From Candidatus Bathyarchaeota archaeon (GTDB lineage Archaea; Thermoproteota; Bathyarchaeia; 40CM-2-53-6): DNA of 64,000 nucleotides. The notes under the pieces are model-generated. The model ran no database searches. It was not told the origin of the DNA and worked only from the letters and a program-made list of their open reading frames with translations. Both the position numbers and the translations under genes were made by a program. Where the stretch lies: contig CAVTBR010000001.1 of assembly GCA_963733055.1 (NCBI GenBank), forward strand, positions 1 through 64,000, read 5' to 3'. Position 1 is the first letter of the stretch; every line of letters begins with the position of its first letter. Below are positions 1 through 10,996 of this stretch, piece after piece.

Positions 1-399
1 CACCTCAGTTCCGATACTGTGAAACTTCAACGGCTCCGCTATGGCGTCCCCGATTCTGACCCTAGGATTCAGCGCCGCCACCGGGTCCTGGTAGACCATT
101 TGCGATGTCCGCCTGAACTTCTTGAGCGCTTCACCGCTCAGCCCAGTTATGGCCTGGCCGTCGAAGAGAATGTTCCCTGCCGTAGGAACGTATACCCGAA
201 GGCTGAGCTTGCCGAGAGTCGTCTTCCCGCTGCCGCTTTCGCCTACGAGGACAAAGACCTCCCCCTCCTCGATGCCGAGGGAGACGCCGTCCACTGCCCT
301 GACGTACTCCGGCTCAGCCCCGACCAGCCCCTCGAGGAAACTCCTCCTTACGGGGAAGTGCATCTTAACGTCCTGGAAGAGAAGCAGAGGGCCGCTCAT
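1..399 (-). CDS. Peptide ABC transporter ATP-binding protein (DppF/OppF-like), runs off the window start
   Basis: Manual translation MSGPLLLFQDVKMHFPVRRS...VGESGSGKTT (Walker A)...QMVYQDP; ATG at 399 overlaps the stop of the upstream ATPase gene. Confidence 0.9.
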   Translation of the reverse strand, partial: MSGPLLLFQDVKMHFPVRRSFLEGLVGAEPEYVRAVDGVSLGIEEGEVFVLVGESGSGKTTLGKLSLRVYVPTAGNILFDGQAITGLSGEALKKFRRTSQMVYQDPVAALNPRVRIGDAIAEPLKFHSIGTEV

Positions 400-1364
400 T
401 TTCGACCGCCGTCGTACAGGTGGCAGGCCACCCAGTGGCCTGGTTCGATATCTCGTAGGGTCGGCCTTTCTCTCCTGCATCGCTCGAAGACGAAGGGGCA
501 TCGCGCCGCGAACTTGCACCCCGATATTGGATAAGAGAGGTCCGGGGGCGAACCTGGAATCCACTCCAAAGAGGTGATCTCCGAAGCAATGTTCGGAACC
601 AGCTTCAGGAGCAACTGCGTGTAGGGGAAGAGCGGCTTCTTGAAGATGGCCTTCGTCTCTGCGAGCTCGTAGATCTCACCGCCGTACATTATTGCTATCT
701 TATCTGCCACTTCTGCGACAACCCCCAAATTATGCGTGATCAAAATCATGGACAGCTTGAGGGAGGACTTTAGCTGGCGTAGCAGGTCGAGAATCTGAGC
801 CTCTATCACCACATCCAGGGAGGTGGTGGGCTCGTCGGCAATCAGGAGCTTGGGATCGAGGATAAGGCTGAGACCGATCATAATCCTCTGCTTCATGCCT
901 CCGCTAAGCTGGTGGGGGTAGTCGGCCAGCCTGTCCGGAGAGATCCCAAGTTCGCCCAAGATCTTCCCGGCCTTCTCCAAGGCCTCGCCTCGCATGGCGC
1001 TGGGGTTGTGCGCCCTAATGGCCTCGACGAAGTGCTCCCCTATCTTCTTCACCGGGTTCAGAGAAGTCATAGGGTCCTGGAAGATCATCGAGACCACCTT
1101 CCCCCTCGTCCGCCTCAGCCGCTCGTTGTCGAGGGACAGTATGTCCTCTCCCTCGAGGAGTATCCTGCCGTCGGTAACCCTCCCCTGCGGAGGCACGAGG
1201 TTCAGGAGCGCAAGGCCGAGGGTTGACTTACCGCATGCAGACTCTCCGACGATACCCAAAGTCTCCTGCTCCTCGAGCTCGAAGTCCACCCCCTGGACGG
1301 CCTTCAGTTCTCCCTTCATGGTCTTGTAGCTGACGTTCAGTCCTTGGACTTTGAGTAGCGTCAT
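396..1364 (-). CDS. Peptide ABC transporter ATP-binding protein (DppD/OppD-like)
   Basis: GESACGKS Walker A, LSGGMKQR signature, IADEPTT Walker B, C-terminal GC.F..RC..C..C domain. Confidence 0.95.
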   Translation of the reverse strand: MTLLKVQGLNVSYKTMKGELKAVQGVDFELEEQETLGIVGESACGKSTLGLALLNLVPPQGRVTDGRILLEGEDILSLDNERLRRTRGKVVSMIFQDPMTSLNPVKKIGEHFVEAIRAHNPSAMRGEALEKAGKILGELGISPDRLADYPHQLSGGMKQRIMIGLSLILDPKLLIADEPTTSLDVVIEAQILDLLRQLKSSLKLSMILITHNLGVVAEVADKIAIMYGGEIYELAETKAIFKKPLFPYTQLLLKLVPNIASEITSLEWIPGSPPDLSYPISGCKFAARCPFVFERCRRERPTLRDIEPGHWVACHLYDGGRK

Positions 1365-1365
1365 C

Positions 1366-2244
1366 TCACCTCCTCAACCTCGGGTTCAGGACTTCGCTCA
1401 ATCCTTCCCCGATGAATGTGAACCCGCCTGCGAGGAGGACGACCAGCAAGCCTGGAAAGAGCACGGTCCACCAAGCGCCGGCCAGCATGGATTGGTATCC
1501 GTAGTAGATGTCGAAACCCCAGTCCGGAAGTGCCGCGTTCACTCCGAGGCCGATGTACGTGAGACCCGCCTCGGTGATGACGGCGTCAGCGACATTGATT
1601 GACGCGATCACAGCCACGGAAGCGAGCACGTTCGGGAAAATCTGCCTGAACAGGACGTTCAGGGTTCCGCCGCCCTCCACCTTGACCGCCTCCACGAACG
1701 GCATCTCCTTCAGGGTCAAGACCTGACTCCTGACGACCCTGAAGTAGGTAGGGATGTACACCACGGCTATGGCTATCGCGAGATTCACGACACCGCGGCC
1801 GAGGACAGCAGCTATGGCTATTGCCAGGACGAGGCCCGGAAAGGCGTAGAGAGAGTCCATCAGTAGCGAGAGGGGACCGTCAATCAGTCTCCTGGAGTAG
1901 CCTGCGAGCAGGCCGAGGGGAACGCCTATGAGGAAGCAGATGGCAACCGCGAGGCCGGCTACCTCCATCATGGTCGAACCTCCGGCAATCATCCTGCTGA
2001 AAATGTCCTGGCCGAGGCGGTTGGTGCCCATGGGAAAACTCAGCGACGGAGCTGCGTCGGCAGGGCCGACGGAGAGTTGAATCGGGCTGTGAGGTGTGAT
2101 GAATGGGGAGAGTATAGTCATCGCCATCAAGATGATTACGATGACGGCTCCGATGACCACCATCATTCCGCCTGTCCCGAATTTGGGCAGCGTGAAGAAG
2201 AAGTTGATTGCAGGTCTAATCCGCGAATCCGATTCTTTCTTCAT
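1366..2244 (-). CDS. Peptide ABC transporter permease (DppC-like)
   Basis: GTNRLGQDIFSR, EAA-like loop, C-terminal GEGLSEVLNPR. Confidence 0.93.
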   Translation of the reverse strand: MKKESDSRIRPAINFFFTLPKFGTGGMMVVIGAVIVIILMAMTILSPFITPHSPIQLSVGPADAAPSLSFPMGTNRLGQDIFSRMIAGGSTMMEVAGLAVAICFLIGVPLGLLAGYSRRLIDGPLSLLMDSLYAFPGLVLAIAIAAVLGRGVVNLAIAIAVVYIPTYFRVVRSQVLTLKEMPFVEAVKVEGGGTLNVLFRQIFPNVLASVAVIASINVADAVITEAGLTYIGLGVNAALPDWGFDIYYGYQSMLAGAWWTVLFPGLLVVLLAGGFTFIGEGLSEVLNPRLRR

Positions 2245-2252
2245 GAAATCAC

Positions 2253-3281
2253 CTAGTATCTTATCCTCGGGTCGAGATAGGCGTACAGGATGTCGACCAC
2301 TAGGCTCACCAGCGCAACCAGAATTCCGAAGAAGACCACGGCGCCCTGAATTGCAATGTAGTCCCGGTCAGTGATGGCCGTGACGATATAGGTCCCTATT
2401 CCATTCCAGGCGAAAGTCGTCTCGGTCAATATGGCCCCTCCCAGCAGGCCGGCGAACTCAAGGCCCATGATCGTCAGCACAGGAAGCAAGCCATTTCTGA
2501 GGCCGTAGCTGTAGAGGACGGTCCTCTCTTTGAGCCCCCTCGCTCTGGCTGCGGTGACGTACTCCTGGCCGAGCGCTTCCAGCATGTTGCTTCGGGTTAT
2601 CCTCAGGAAGACGGCAGAGATGTAAAGCCCGAGGGCAGTGCACGGAAGTATCAAGTGCCGCACTGCGTCGACGAACTCGCCCAAGTTTCCTGCCAAAAGA
2701 GAATCAATGGTGTACAGCCCCGTCTGGATGTGCACGCCGAAGACGGTCCCGCCGATCGGGATTAAAAGGGAATACCTTCCGCCCGAGGGAAGAATGTGAA
2801 AAGCAACCGCGAACACGCCGATGAAGATCAGACCCAGGAAGAAGACCGGAATGGAGTAGACGACAGCGCCGAAGGTCCTGATTATCTTGTCCTCCAGCGA
2901 ACCGTATTTCCTCGAAGACCTGACGCCCAGGACCACGCCCACCAGCACCGCCACAATCATAGAACCAATCGAGAGCTCCAGAGTGGCCGGGAAAGCCGAG
3001 AGGACCTGCGGGGTGACCGGCTCTTCGTTCGAGAAGGCGATGCCCAAATTCCCATGAAACAGACCGATGATGTAGTTGTAGTACTGGACGTAGATGGGGA
3101 CGTCCAGGCCGAGCGAATGCCTGACCGCGGCCAAGGCGGTGGGATTGACCTGCTTTCCGAAGTGGAGGAGAACCGGATCCCCTGGAAGCACCCGCACGAT
3201 GAGAAAAACTATCGTTACTAGAAGGAACACAGTCGGAATTGTGAGGAGGGCACGCGTGACGATGTAACTCTTTAAGCTCAA
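2253..3281 (-). CDS. Peptide ABC transporter permease (DppB-like)
   Basis: LPGDP, LGLD.P..VQY, TAARARGL, DILYAYLDPRIRY. Confidence 0.95.
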   Translation of the reverse strand: MSLKSYIVTRALLTIPTVFLLVTIVFLIVRVLPGDPVLLHFGKQVNPTALAAVRHSLGLDVPIYVQYYNYIIGLFHGNLGIAFSNEEPVTPQVLSAFPATLELSIGSMIVAVLVGVVLGVRSSRKYGSLEDKIIRTFGAVVYSIPVFFLGLIFIGVFAVAFHILPSGGRYSLLIPIGGTVFGVHIQTGLYTIDSLLAGNLGEFVDAVRHLILPCTALGLYISAVFLRITRSNMLEALGQEYVTAARARGLKERTVLYSYGLRNGLLPVLTIMGLEFAGLLGGAILTETTFAWNGIGTYIVTAITDRDYIAIQGAVVFFGILVALVSLVVDILYAYLDPRIRY

Positions 3282-3338
3282 TTGCTCATCCCAAAAATAG
3301 GGAGAGGGGGAAGCTCTGCAGTAGAGTTCCCCGCTATG

Positions 3339-5069
3339 TTATGTTGTCTCTGTTGTCTCGTAGATTGTTGATAGCCTGAAGATCAGGGTAACGTCCAAGT
3401 AGACGCCGCCCACCGAAGTCTTAGCCACCGCACCGCAGCAGTTGGAGCCGCCTTGGTACAATGGAACCATCGGGACATCGTGAGCCTGCAGTGTCTGAAT
3501 TTGGCCGTAGATCGACGCGGCGTTGGAAGGCGTGGCTGAGAGTGACTGGGTCAACAGGGAATCCATGGCTGTACTGTTATAGCCGTCATTGAGCCACGAA
3601 GCGCCCGTTGAGGATAGGAATGGTGTGGTGTAGTCGAAGGGGTCGATGAAGTCAGGGTACCAGCCGTAAATGAACGTGCCCATGCTGCCCGCTCTTACGT
3701 TCGAGTGCATTGTGGGCCAGTCAACCCCGTTGAGGGTGACAGTAATCACACCGCTCGCCTCTAAGTCCTTCTTCAGGACAAGGGCTTGGTCTGAACTCTG
3801 AGGATAGTGCCCGGTGGTCTCGTACCACAGGTCGACCGTTAGCTTGTTGTTGGCATTGTAGCCCGACTTCGCCAAAAGCTGCTGAGCGAGAGCGTAGTTG
3901 GGGCCGGCGCCATATGCCGTTTCGAAGGCATCTGTGTGGTACCCCATGCCAAAAGGTATTTGCGAGTAGAGAGGTGTGGCTGTGCCAGCGAAGACGGTGT
4001 CGATAAGGTCGGTTCTGTTGATGGCTGCGGCTATACCCTGCCTAACGTTGATGTCATTGAACGGAGCCTTGTTCTCGTTGATGACGAGATACTGGATGAA
4101 GGCACCGGGGCTCGAGTATACGTTAAGCCCGGGGGTTGTCATCAAGCTCCGGATGTCGGTCGTGGTGAACTGCCTGTAGGCAAGGTCAACGTCGCCTGAC
4201 CTGATGGCGGCTGCCAGCGAGGTGGCGTCGGGGTAGAATTTGATTATTATCGTATGGGTCTTCGGGTAGGCTGGATAGTTCCAATAGTTGGGATTGGCAG
4301 TCAGAACCATCTCCGTGTCCTTGGTGCCCGATCTGGTCCACGTGGTCAGAGTGTAGGGGCCGAGGCCGTTGGGGTTGCTAGCTGCTGCGTTGTTGGCTGT
4401 GAAGTTGACTATTCCAGTCATAGCGTTGCAGGGGTTGCATGTCCCCTGCGGCACCTTGTTCGGGTTCACTGGATACATAATGCCGAAGGTCATCATGTTT
4501 AGGAATCCTGAGAACGGTGCCTTCAGGTGGAAGACCACCGTATTCGCGTCGGGTGTTGTTACGGAGTCGATTATCGATGCGACGCCGAGACCGTTAAACG
4601 CGCCATTGGGGTCGTATATGGCTATTCCTCTATCCACGCTGAACTTAACGTCGGTGGAGTTGAACGGGGTGCCGTCATCATACTTCAGCCCTGAGCGGAG
4701 GGTGAATGTGTAGGTCAGGCCGTCCGAGCTTTGTGACCAGTTTGTGGCTAACGCCGGCTGAAGGCCGGACGGGCTTGTGTTGTTAGTTCCGGGCGCGAAG
4801 TCGACGAGCGGCGCGCCTAGGTTGTTAATCATGTTAATGCCAAAGTAGTCATAGGCGTCGGCGGGGTCGATTGTAGTCTGGACGGCGTCGGTCGTTCCCA
4901 TCACAATTGTGTCTTTGTACTGTGCTGATGTCGTCATGGCGGTTGTCATTGTCTGAGCGGGTGGTACCGCGGATGACTGGTAGAAGTAGTATCCAATGCC
5001 GGCCAATATGATAACTATCAGCACGGCTGCTGCAACATACTTTGTGTTCTTCTTTGATGTGGTTGACAT
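3339..5069 (-). CDS. Family 5 peptide ABC substrate-binding protein, N-terminal membrane anchor
   Basis: LATNWSQSSDGLTYTFTLRSGLKYDDGTPFNSTDVKFS family 5 signature; start taken at the ATG of MSTTSKK. Confidence 0.9.
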   Translation of the reverse strand: MSTTSKKNTKYVAAAVLIVIILAGIGYYFYQSSAVPPAQTMTTAMTTSAQYKDTIVMGTTDAVQTTIDPADAYDYFGINMINNLGAPLVDFAPGTNNTSPSGLQPALATNWSQSSDGLTYTFTLRSGLKYDDGTPFNSTDVKFSVDRGIAIYDPNGAFNGLGVASIIDSVTTPDANTVVFHLKAPFSGFLNMMTFGIMYPVNPNKVPQGTCNPCNAMTGIVNFTANNAAASNPNGLGPYTLTTWTRSGTKDTEMVLTANPNYWNYPAYPKTHTIIIKFYPDATSLAAAIRSGDVDLAYRQFTTTDIRSLMTTPGLNVYSSPGAFIQYLVINENKAPFNDINVRQGIAAAINRTDLIDTVFAGTATPLYSQIPFGMGYHTDAFETAYGAGPNYALAQQLLAKSGYNANNKLTVDLWYETTGHYPQSSDQALVLKKDLEASGVITVTLNGVDWPTMHSNVRAGSMGTFIYGWYPDFIDPFDYTTPFLSSTGASWLNDGYNSTAMDSLLTQSLSATPSNAASIYGQIQTLQAHDVPMVPLYQGGSNCCGAVAKTSVGGVYLDVTLIFRLSTIYETTETT

Positions 5070-5402
5070 TAAGATATTTTCCTCCAATATTCGGAGTGCT
5101 CACTCCATCCTTTGCGCAATATAAAAGCTCCCACAAAGCGATGCACAATCGGGCTAGGGCTGGAAGACACGCCAAAACGCGCGGTGGATTGTTGTCCGCT
5201 ATTACGCAAGGCATAATCTTGGTTCGTCGATGATTTTTTTCCGATCACAAGATAGGTTATTTCACGACTCGTTATTCAACCGTCGAAGTGAAAAATCGCA
5301 AAGGTCTCGCGGACTAGTCGACCTAGGAAACGTTAGTGGGTACAAAGGAGAGAAAAAAGAAGAAAAGGGAAGAAGGGAGATTGCTCGATCGCTCGTACCC
5401 TG

Positions 5403-7646
5403 TTATGTTTTAGTCTTCTTGCCGCGGCTTCGGAGGACTATTGCGGCTATGGCGACGATGACGATTATCACAATCGCGGCGGCGGCCGTCGTTAGATCGA
5501 AGCTTGGCGCTCCTGCTGCCGATGATGTTGTTGTCGAAGTCGCGCTTGATGGTGCTAGCGACGCGAAGTATGGGCCATCTGGTTGAACAGATGGGTTCCA
5601 AGTGAAGCCTGCGACATTGGATGTGAAGGTCACGATGGCGTCGGTGGTCCCATCCCATCCTCCTAGAGGATAGAATGTCCACAGGTACATTACTGCTTGA
5701 TTGGCGATGGTGTTCATTGCGTCAGTGTCTTTGTTCAGCGTGGCGACGTCGCCGGTCGCGCTTGCCTTCACCGCGTCCTGGTACAATGCTCCCAGAGCTG
5801 GAACGTTCCAGCCGTCTGGGCCGGGGTAGGTTTGTGCAGGGGCGTACATTGGGCCGAGGAAGTCTATTGTCCAAGGATAGTCGTCGAACCATCCTAGTGC
5901 ATACATGTACAAGTTGCCGGAGAACGCCTCGGTTATCATTGTGCCGATGGGTATGGGTTCAACGGTTACGGTTAGCCCCATGTTGTAAGTCGTGCTGACG
6001 TTGTTCACGTTGCCAGCGATCGTGTTCAGGATCGCTAGATCTACTGTGTCCCCGGTGGGTGCCACGAGTGAGATTGACTGTGTAACTGGGTTGTCACACT
6101 TCCCTGACGAGGACAGGGTTGAGCAGCCGAACGCATTACTGAACGTGCCTGCGGGTGCGGCAGTGCCGTTCGCAAAGTTGAAGGAAGTGATCGGGTTCAT
6201 CATAGCGTCGAGCAGAAGACTCTGAACCGCGCCGAGGTCATAGCTGTAGGCGGGTGTGTTATTGGGATTGTAATTGCCTTCAGGTGGTAGACCCGGTGGA
6301 ATAACGTTCAGGGCCACTTGGCCGAGCTTGTTATTGACGGAGGTATTGATCGAGGTCATGTTTACCGCGTCAGCAAATGCGAGTCGCATTCTTCTGTCTG
6401 CAAAGGGTTGGAATGAGTATGGTTTGCCGGTGAAGATGTTGGTCACGTTGGTGTCGAACGGGTCGAAGAGGGTCGAGTAGCTGCTGTATGGTCCGTATAG
6501 CGTAACGCCGTCGATTGTTGATTGAATCTGGTTATTGTTGATCCACATGTTCCTGTCGGCTACGTCGTATATGTGGTCGCCAGTCACGTCTATCGTCATA
6601 GCTTGTCCAGATCTTGCTGCATTTCGTAGGTCAATCTCACGAGTTGCCTGGTCTGGAACATAATTGATTGTGGCTGTCTGATACTGTGGCGTAATCTTGG
6701 TAGCATAGGGGCCGCCCCAGTAGTTCGGGTTCGCTTGGAAAACTAGGTTGTTGGTCGTCTGACCGACACTCTGAAGCGTGTATGGGCCTGTCCCTGCCAT
6801 CGATCCTTGGTAAGAGTTGTCTAGGTAGGTCGTTCCACATCCAGACGGTGTGATTCCCGAGTTGCATGTAGCTACTTCATCATACAGGTAATTCTTGATC
6901 ATTGTCATCTCGTCGGGCGCACTCGACAGTGATGGGTAAGGAAGAGTGTATCCTGTGCTGCTCTGGTTCCAGAGGGCAAGATCATGCTGCATCACATAAT
7001 TTGGAGCGACAATATTCGCCCACTCATTTGCGAGAAGGTACGGAAAAGCAGAGTTAGGGTTCATCACGTTTATCGTGAACGTAGTCGGGCTGGTCACTTG
7101 CACGAAGTTCTGGGCGAGAACTGAATCAACGTAGGCGGAGTTGTAGGTCACGTGCCCCCCAAGAGTTGTACTATAGGCCGTGTTCTCCAGTTGTTGAACT
7201 ATCCATGACGCTTGGGTTCCATGGCTTACCGGGGAGCTGCCGTCCATAACGAGTAGCCTGTTTAGGCTAAAGTAAACTGCGCTAGAGTCGACGGTCTCGC
7301 CGTCAGCAAATGTGACGCCCGAGCGTAGCGTGAACTGGTAGGATTTGAGGTCCGATGAACTAGTATAGCTTTGTGCTAACCAAGGAATAACGCAGGTCGA
7401 GCATGTGCCGTTGTACCAAAGAAGTGGTTCGTACACATTCTGCATGATTCCGAAGTCGTACGAGAAGTACGAGACTTGCGGATCTATGTACTGATGCGTG
7501 TCCCATGTTTCCCATGTAATCGATGAACCCGATGCATTTTGACTTTGGCCCGAGACTGCTGGAAGGTTGCTGCTCGCGAAATAGACTGAGCTTAAAGTGG
7601 ATACAGCAAGTAAAATCATTAACGTTACTGCTCTAGAATTCGACAT
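5403..7646 (-). CDS. Family 5 ABC substrate-binding protein with signal peptide and C-terminal TM anchor
   Basis: PWLAQSY..SSDLKSYQFTLRSGVTFADG, GTGPY; Ser/Thr linker, hydrophobic helix and basic tail. Confidence 0.9.
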   Translation of the reverse strand: MSNSRAVTLMILLAVSTLSSVYFASSNLPAVSGQSQNASGSSITWETWDTHQYIDPQVSYFSYDFGIMQNVYEPLLWYNGTCSTCVIPWLAQSYTSSSDLKSYQFTLRSGVTFADGETVDSSAVYFSLNRLLVMDGSSPVSHGTQASWIVQQLENTAYSTTLGGHVTYNSAYVDSVLAQNFVQVTSPTTFTINVMNPNSAFPYLLANEWANIVAPNYVMQHDLALWNQSSTGYTLPYPSLSSAPDEMTMIKNYLYDEVATCNSGITPSGCGTTYLDNSYQGSMAGTGPYTLQSVGQTTNNLVFQANPNYWGGPYATKITPQYQTATINYVPDQATREIDLRNAARSGQAMTIDVTGDHIYDVADRNMWINNNQIQSTIDGVTLYGPYSSYSTLFDPFDTNVTNIFTGKPYSFQPFADRRMRLAFADAVNMTSINTSVNNKLGQVALNVIPPGLPPEGNYNPNNTPAYSYDLGAVQSLLLDAMMNPITSFNFANGTAAPAGTFSNAFGCSTLSSSGKCDNPVTQSISLVAPTGDTVDLAILNTIAGNVNNVSTTYNMGLTVTVEPIPIGTMITEAFSGNLYMYALGWFDDYPWTIDFLGPMYAPAQTYPGPDGWNVPALGALYQDAVKASATGDVATLNKDTDAMNTIANQAVMYLWTFYPLGGWDGTTDAIVTFTSNVAGFTWNPSVQPDGPYFASLAPSSATSTTTSSAAGAPSFDLTTAAAAIVIIVIVAIAAIVLRSRGKKTKT

Positions 7647-7771
7647 AGCTGATTTTGGCGTACCAAACTTTATTTAAAGCTTGTCACAAAAGCACCGAAA
7701 CTGGTCTTCAAGTGAGTTTTGAGGTAACCAAAGGTTTTGAATCCAATGGCTCAGTATTTCTAGTGGCCTAG

Positions 7772-8890
7772 ATGAAACTCTACGAATACGCCCTAAGGCG
7801 CATGCTTCTACTTACTTTCGTACTCTTCGCCGTTAGTCTAATCGTCTTCTATCTGGCGCGTGGCGCCCTCCCGCCAGAATATTCTCTGTCCCCTTACATT
7901 ACTCCAAGGATGACCGACGCGCAGAAGCTCGGTTTGGCACAGGGATTAGGCGTAGCCACGTCCGTATGCGCGTCGTATCAAGCATTTACCTCACACGCGC
8001 CTGGCTGTGTAGCCCCAATTTGGTCGCAGTATGTCGGTTGGTTGAGGTTGGTTGTGGGAGGCGATTGGGGATACTCTCAACTTCCAGGGCTTTCTGGGAC
8101 GGTGAAAACCTGGGACGTCTTTTCATCCCGTTTCCCATACACAGCACAGCTCGCAGTTATCTCCTCGATCGTGACGTTCATCATAGCGTTCCCTATGGGG
8201 ATCATCTCCGCCACCAAGAACAACAAACTTCCAGACCATGCGTCTAGACTGATCTCGCTCACGAGCTATTCACTCCCAACTTATTGGTTTGGATACCTCG
8301 TTCAGATAGTATTCGTGATCTATCTGTCTGTCAACGGAAGAGGTTTGCTTCCAAGTCAAGGTGCGCTAGCGACCGAATGCGCGGTCTGCTTTTCCTCGCC
8401 TGGGGCTATAACTCCAATCACAGGGTTACCTCTGATAGATTCACTTTTCTCAGGAAACATACCATACTTTTGGGACAGCCTTGTCAGCCTGGTTCTTCCC
8501 ACCCTGACCCTTAGCCTAGGACTGATCGCTTTGCTCACTAGGATAGTGCGATCGAGTATGATGGAAGCACTCAGGCAGGACTACATCTTGCTCGCTAGAT
8601 CAAAAGGCCTCCGCGAAAGGATAGTCGTGTATCGACATGCGCTCAGAAACGCTATGCTCCCCGCAATTACCGTTTCAGGCTTCTTGTTCTCGGGCCTACT
8701 GGGCGGAGTTGTCCTAGTAGAATACGTGTTCGCCTATCCCGGCATAGGGCAGGCCCTTGTTGCCGCGAGCCTCGTACTTGACATAAACTTTCTTGAACTC
8801 TACTCCCTCGTGATCGCTTTGATACTTGTCGTCACAAACCTGTCCGTTGACATTCTCTATGCGGTTTTGGATCCGAGGATCAGATACTAA
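7772..8890 (+). CDS. Peptide ABC transporter permease (DppB-like)
   Basis: RSSMMEALRQDYILLARSKGL, DILYAVLDPRIRY. Confidence 0.93.
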   Translation: MKLYEYALRRMLLLTFVLFAVSLIVFYLARGALPPEYSLSPYITPRMTDAQKLGLAQGLGVATSVCASYQAFTSHAPGCVAPIWSQYVGWLRLVVGGDWGYSQLPGLSGTVKTWDVFSSRFPYTAQLAVISSIVTFIIAFPMGIISATKNNKLPDHASRLISLTSYSLPTYWFGYLVQIVFVIYLSVNGRGLLPSQGALATECAVCFSSPGAITPITGLPLIDSLFSGNIPYFWDSLVSLVLPTLTLSLGLIALLTRIVRSSMMEALRQDYILLARSKGLRERIVVYRHALRNAMLPAITVSGFLFSGLLGGVVLVEYVFAYPGIGQALVAASLVLDINFLELYSLVIALILVVTNLSVDILYAVLDPRIRY

Positions 8891-9841
8891 ATGTCACAGC
8901 AAGATAACCCTGTCACGTTGGAAGAAGCGGAGGGCAAGAGTCTTACTGGTAGAAAGGCTGAGCTGAAGTACATCTACTCGCTCTACAAAAGAAACCCGGT
9001 GGTCGTAGCTGGTTCTGTTATCGCAGTTGGATCCCTCCTTATGGCGGTTCTGTCAGGCGTCATAGTTGACCCGAATATTTGGAAAATCCAGCAACTGAAC
9101 CAGCGACTTTGCTGGAACAATCCCGCCTTTAGCTGGCCAATTCCAAATCTGTACAGTTGCCCCGGCCCAACGTACCCCCTTGGAACTGACGCGTACGGCC
9201 GAGATCTACTTCAAATGATCATCCTAGCCCTTCCGTTAGACCTGGAAATCTCATTAGCAATAGTGCTACTAGCTACATTGATTGGCGTCGTTTTCGGTTC
9301 AATGGCCGCGTACGTCGGTGGCAAAATCGACGAGCTCATTTTGAGGATAACAGACGTTTTCCTTGCATTACCAGCGCTCGTGCTCGCTATCCTGTTCATG
9401 GTCGTCCTGGGCAGAACGATATTGAATCTCACAATCGCCGTCTTGATTACATGGTGGCCGTTCTATGTCAGGTTAATTCGATCACAAGTGCTTAGCGAGA
9501 AAGAGAAACCTTACGTGGAGGCTTTGAGGTCGACCGGAGCTAGCCCGCTAAGAATTCTGTTCTTGCATATCTTGCCAAACTCGATCTACCCTATGTTAGT
9601 TCAAATGACACTCGACATTGGCTCGGTTATTCTCACGTTCTCCGCGTTGATGTTCTTGGGGTTTTCGCCGAACCCACTGCTTCCGGAACTTGGTAACCTG
9701 ATTACAGATGGAATAAACTACGTCTTCACCGCTCCGTGGTTGATAATCTTCCCGGGTCTAACAATCGTTGTCGTAGTATTAGGCTTCAACTTGCTCGGGG
9801 ATGGTATCAGGGACGTCCTCGACCCCAGGCTCCGACGCTAA
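8891..9841 (+). CDS. Peptide ABC transporter permease (DppC-like)
   Basis: PLGTDAYGRD, YVEALRSTGAS, FNLLGDGIRDVLDPR. Confidence 0.93.
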   Translation: MSQQDNPVTLEEAEGKSLTGRKAELKYIYSLYKRNPVVVAGSVIAVGSLLMAVLSGVIVDPNIWKIQQLNQRLCWNNPAFSWPIPNLYSCPGPTYPLGTDAYGRDLLQMIILALPLDLEISLAIVLLATLIGVVFGSMAAYVGGKIDELILRITDVFLALPALVLAILFMVVLGRTILNLTIAVLITWWPFYVRLIRSQVLSEKEKPYVEALRSTGASPLRILFLHILPNSIYPMLVQMTLDIGSVILTFSALMFLGFSPNPLLPELGNLITDGINYVFTAPWLIIFPGLTIVVVVLGFNLLGDGIRDVLDPRLRR

Positions 9842-9862
9842 GGATACCGACGTGAGTAAGCT

Positions 9863-10990
9863 TTGCTCGAAACACCGAGACCAGCAATTGCGACGTCAGT
9901 TCTCGAAGTTAGGGATTTGCGCGTGGTCTTTCACACGTACGCTGGCGATGTGAAAGCACTTGATGGCGTGAACCTTACCCTGAATCGACGCGAGATATTG
10001 GGCCTAGTAGGGGAGAGTGGATGCGGTAAGTCGGTGACATCACTCGCGATTGCCGGACTACTACCAGAGAATGCCTCGGTTAACGGGCAGATCATGCTTG
10101 ACGGCCGAAATCTGGTGGAATTCAGTAAGGAGGAGATGCGCCAGGTTCGGTTGAAGGATATTGCCCAGGTCTTTCAAGACCCGATGACCTACCTTAACCC
10201 CGTTTTTCAAGTCGGGGCCCAGATTACTGAGGCATTGACCTCAGAGAGGGAATTCTACAAACATCAAATGATCGAGGAACGGCTACGAGACATAGTGGGA
10301 CACGAAAGGCGTGGCGATCGAACGTTTCAGGTATTGGAGCAGGAGAGAGCGAAGCTTGAGGATTCTTTGCGTTCCGGTAAGCTGAGCAGAGGAGAGGCTA
10401 AGACGCTTGCGAGAGACCTTGCCCTAGAGTACCTCAACATCGTGCAGTTGCCAGACCCTCAACGGATCTTCAAAATGTATCCTTTCGAACTGTCCGGCGG
10501 CATGAGACAACGAGTGATGATTGCAATGGCGCTCGTCAGAAGACCGAAGGTCTTGCTGGCGGACGAGATTACCACGGCTCTTGACGTCACCGTTCAAGCA
10601 CAGATTCTCGCATTACTTCAAGAGTTGAGAGACAAAATCGATGCGTCAATCATCTTAATCACACATGATCTGGGCGTAGTTTCAGAGGTTTGTGATCGCG
10701 TCGCCGTGATGTACGCAGGCAACGTCGTCGAAGTAGCAGACCTCCGTGAGCTTTTCGCCAATCCACTTCACCCATACACGCAAGGATTAATGGCTGCAGT
10801 TCCCCGGCCGGATAGGTCTAGTGTCAAACTCCAATCAATCAAAGGCTCGGTGCCCGACCTTATCTATCCCCCCACCGGTTGCCGATTCCACCCAAGATGC
10901 CCCAAGGCTTTCGCAAATTGTCCACTAACAAAACCCCCACTCATTGCAGTCCAGAAAGGGCACGAGGTAGAATGCCTCCTGTACGGATGA
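9863..10990 (+). CDS. Peptide ABC transporter ATP-binding protein (DppD-like) with a charged insertion
   Basis: GESGCGKS, LSGGMRQR, HPYT, GCRFHPRC. Confidence 0.95.
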   Translation: MLETPRPAIATSVLEVRDLRVVFHTYAGDVKALDGVNLTLNRREILGLVGESGCGKSVTSLAIAGLLPENASVNGQIMLDGRNLVEFSKEEMRQVRLKDIAQVFQDPMTYLNPVFQVGAQITEALTSEREFYKHQMIEERLRDIVGHERRGDRTFQVLEQERAKLEDSLRSGKLSRGEAKTLARDLALEYLNIVQLPDPQRIFKMYPFELSGGMRQRVMIAMALVRRPKVLLADEITTALDVTVQAQILALLQELRDKIDASIILITHDLGVVSEVCDRVAVMYAGNVVEVADLRELFANPLHPYTQGLMAAVPRPDRSSVKLQSIKGSVPDLIYPPTGCRFHPRCPKAFANCPLTKPPLIAVQKGHEVECLLYG

Positions 10991-10996
10991 GCCCAG

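Noticed and set aside
19-5586. Numerous + strand ORFs opposite the first Dpp operon, and similar antisense ORFs elsewhere
   Set aside because: They are shadow ORFs of well-supported genes and have no motifs.
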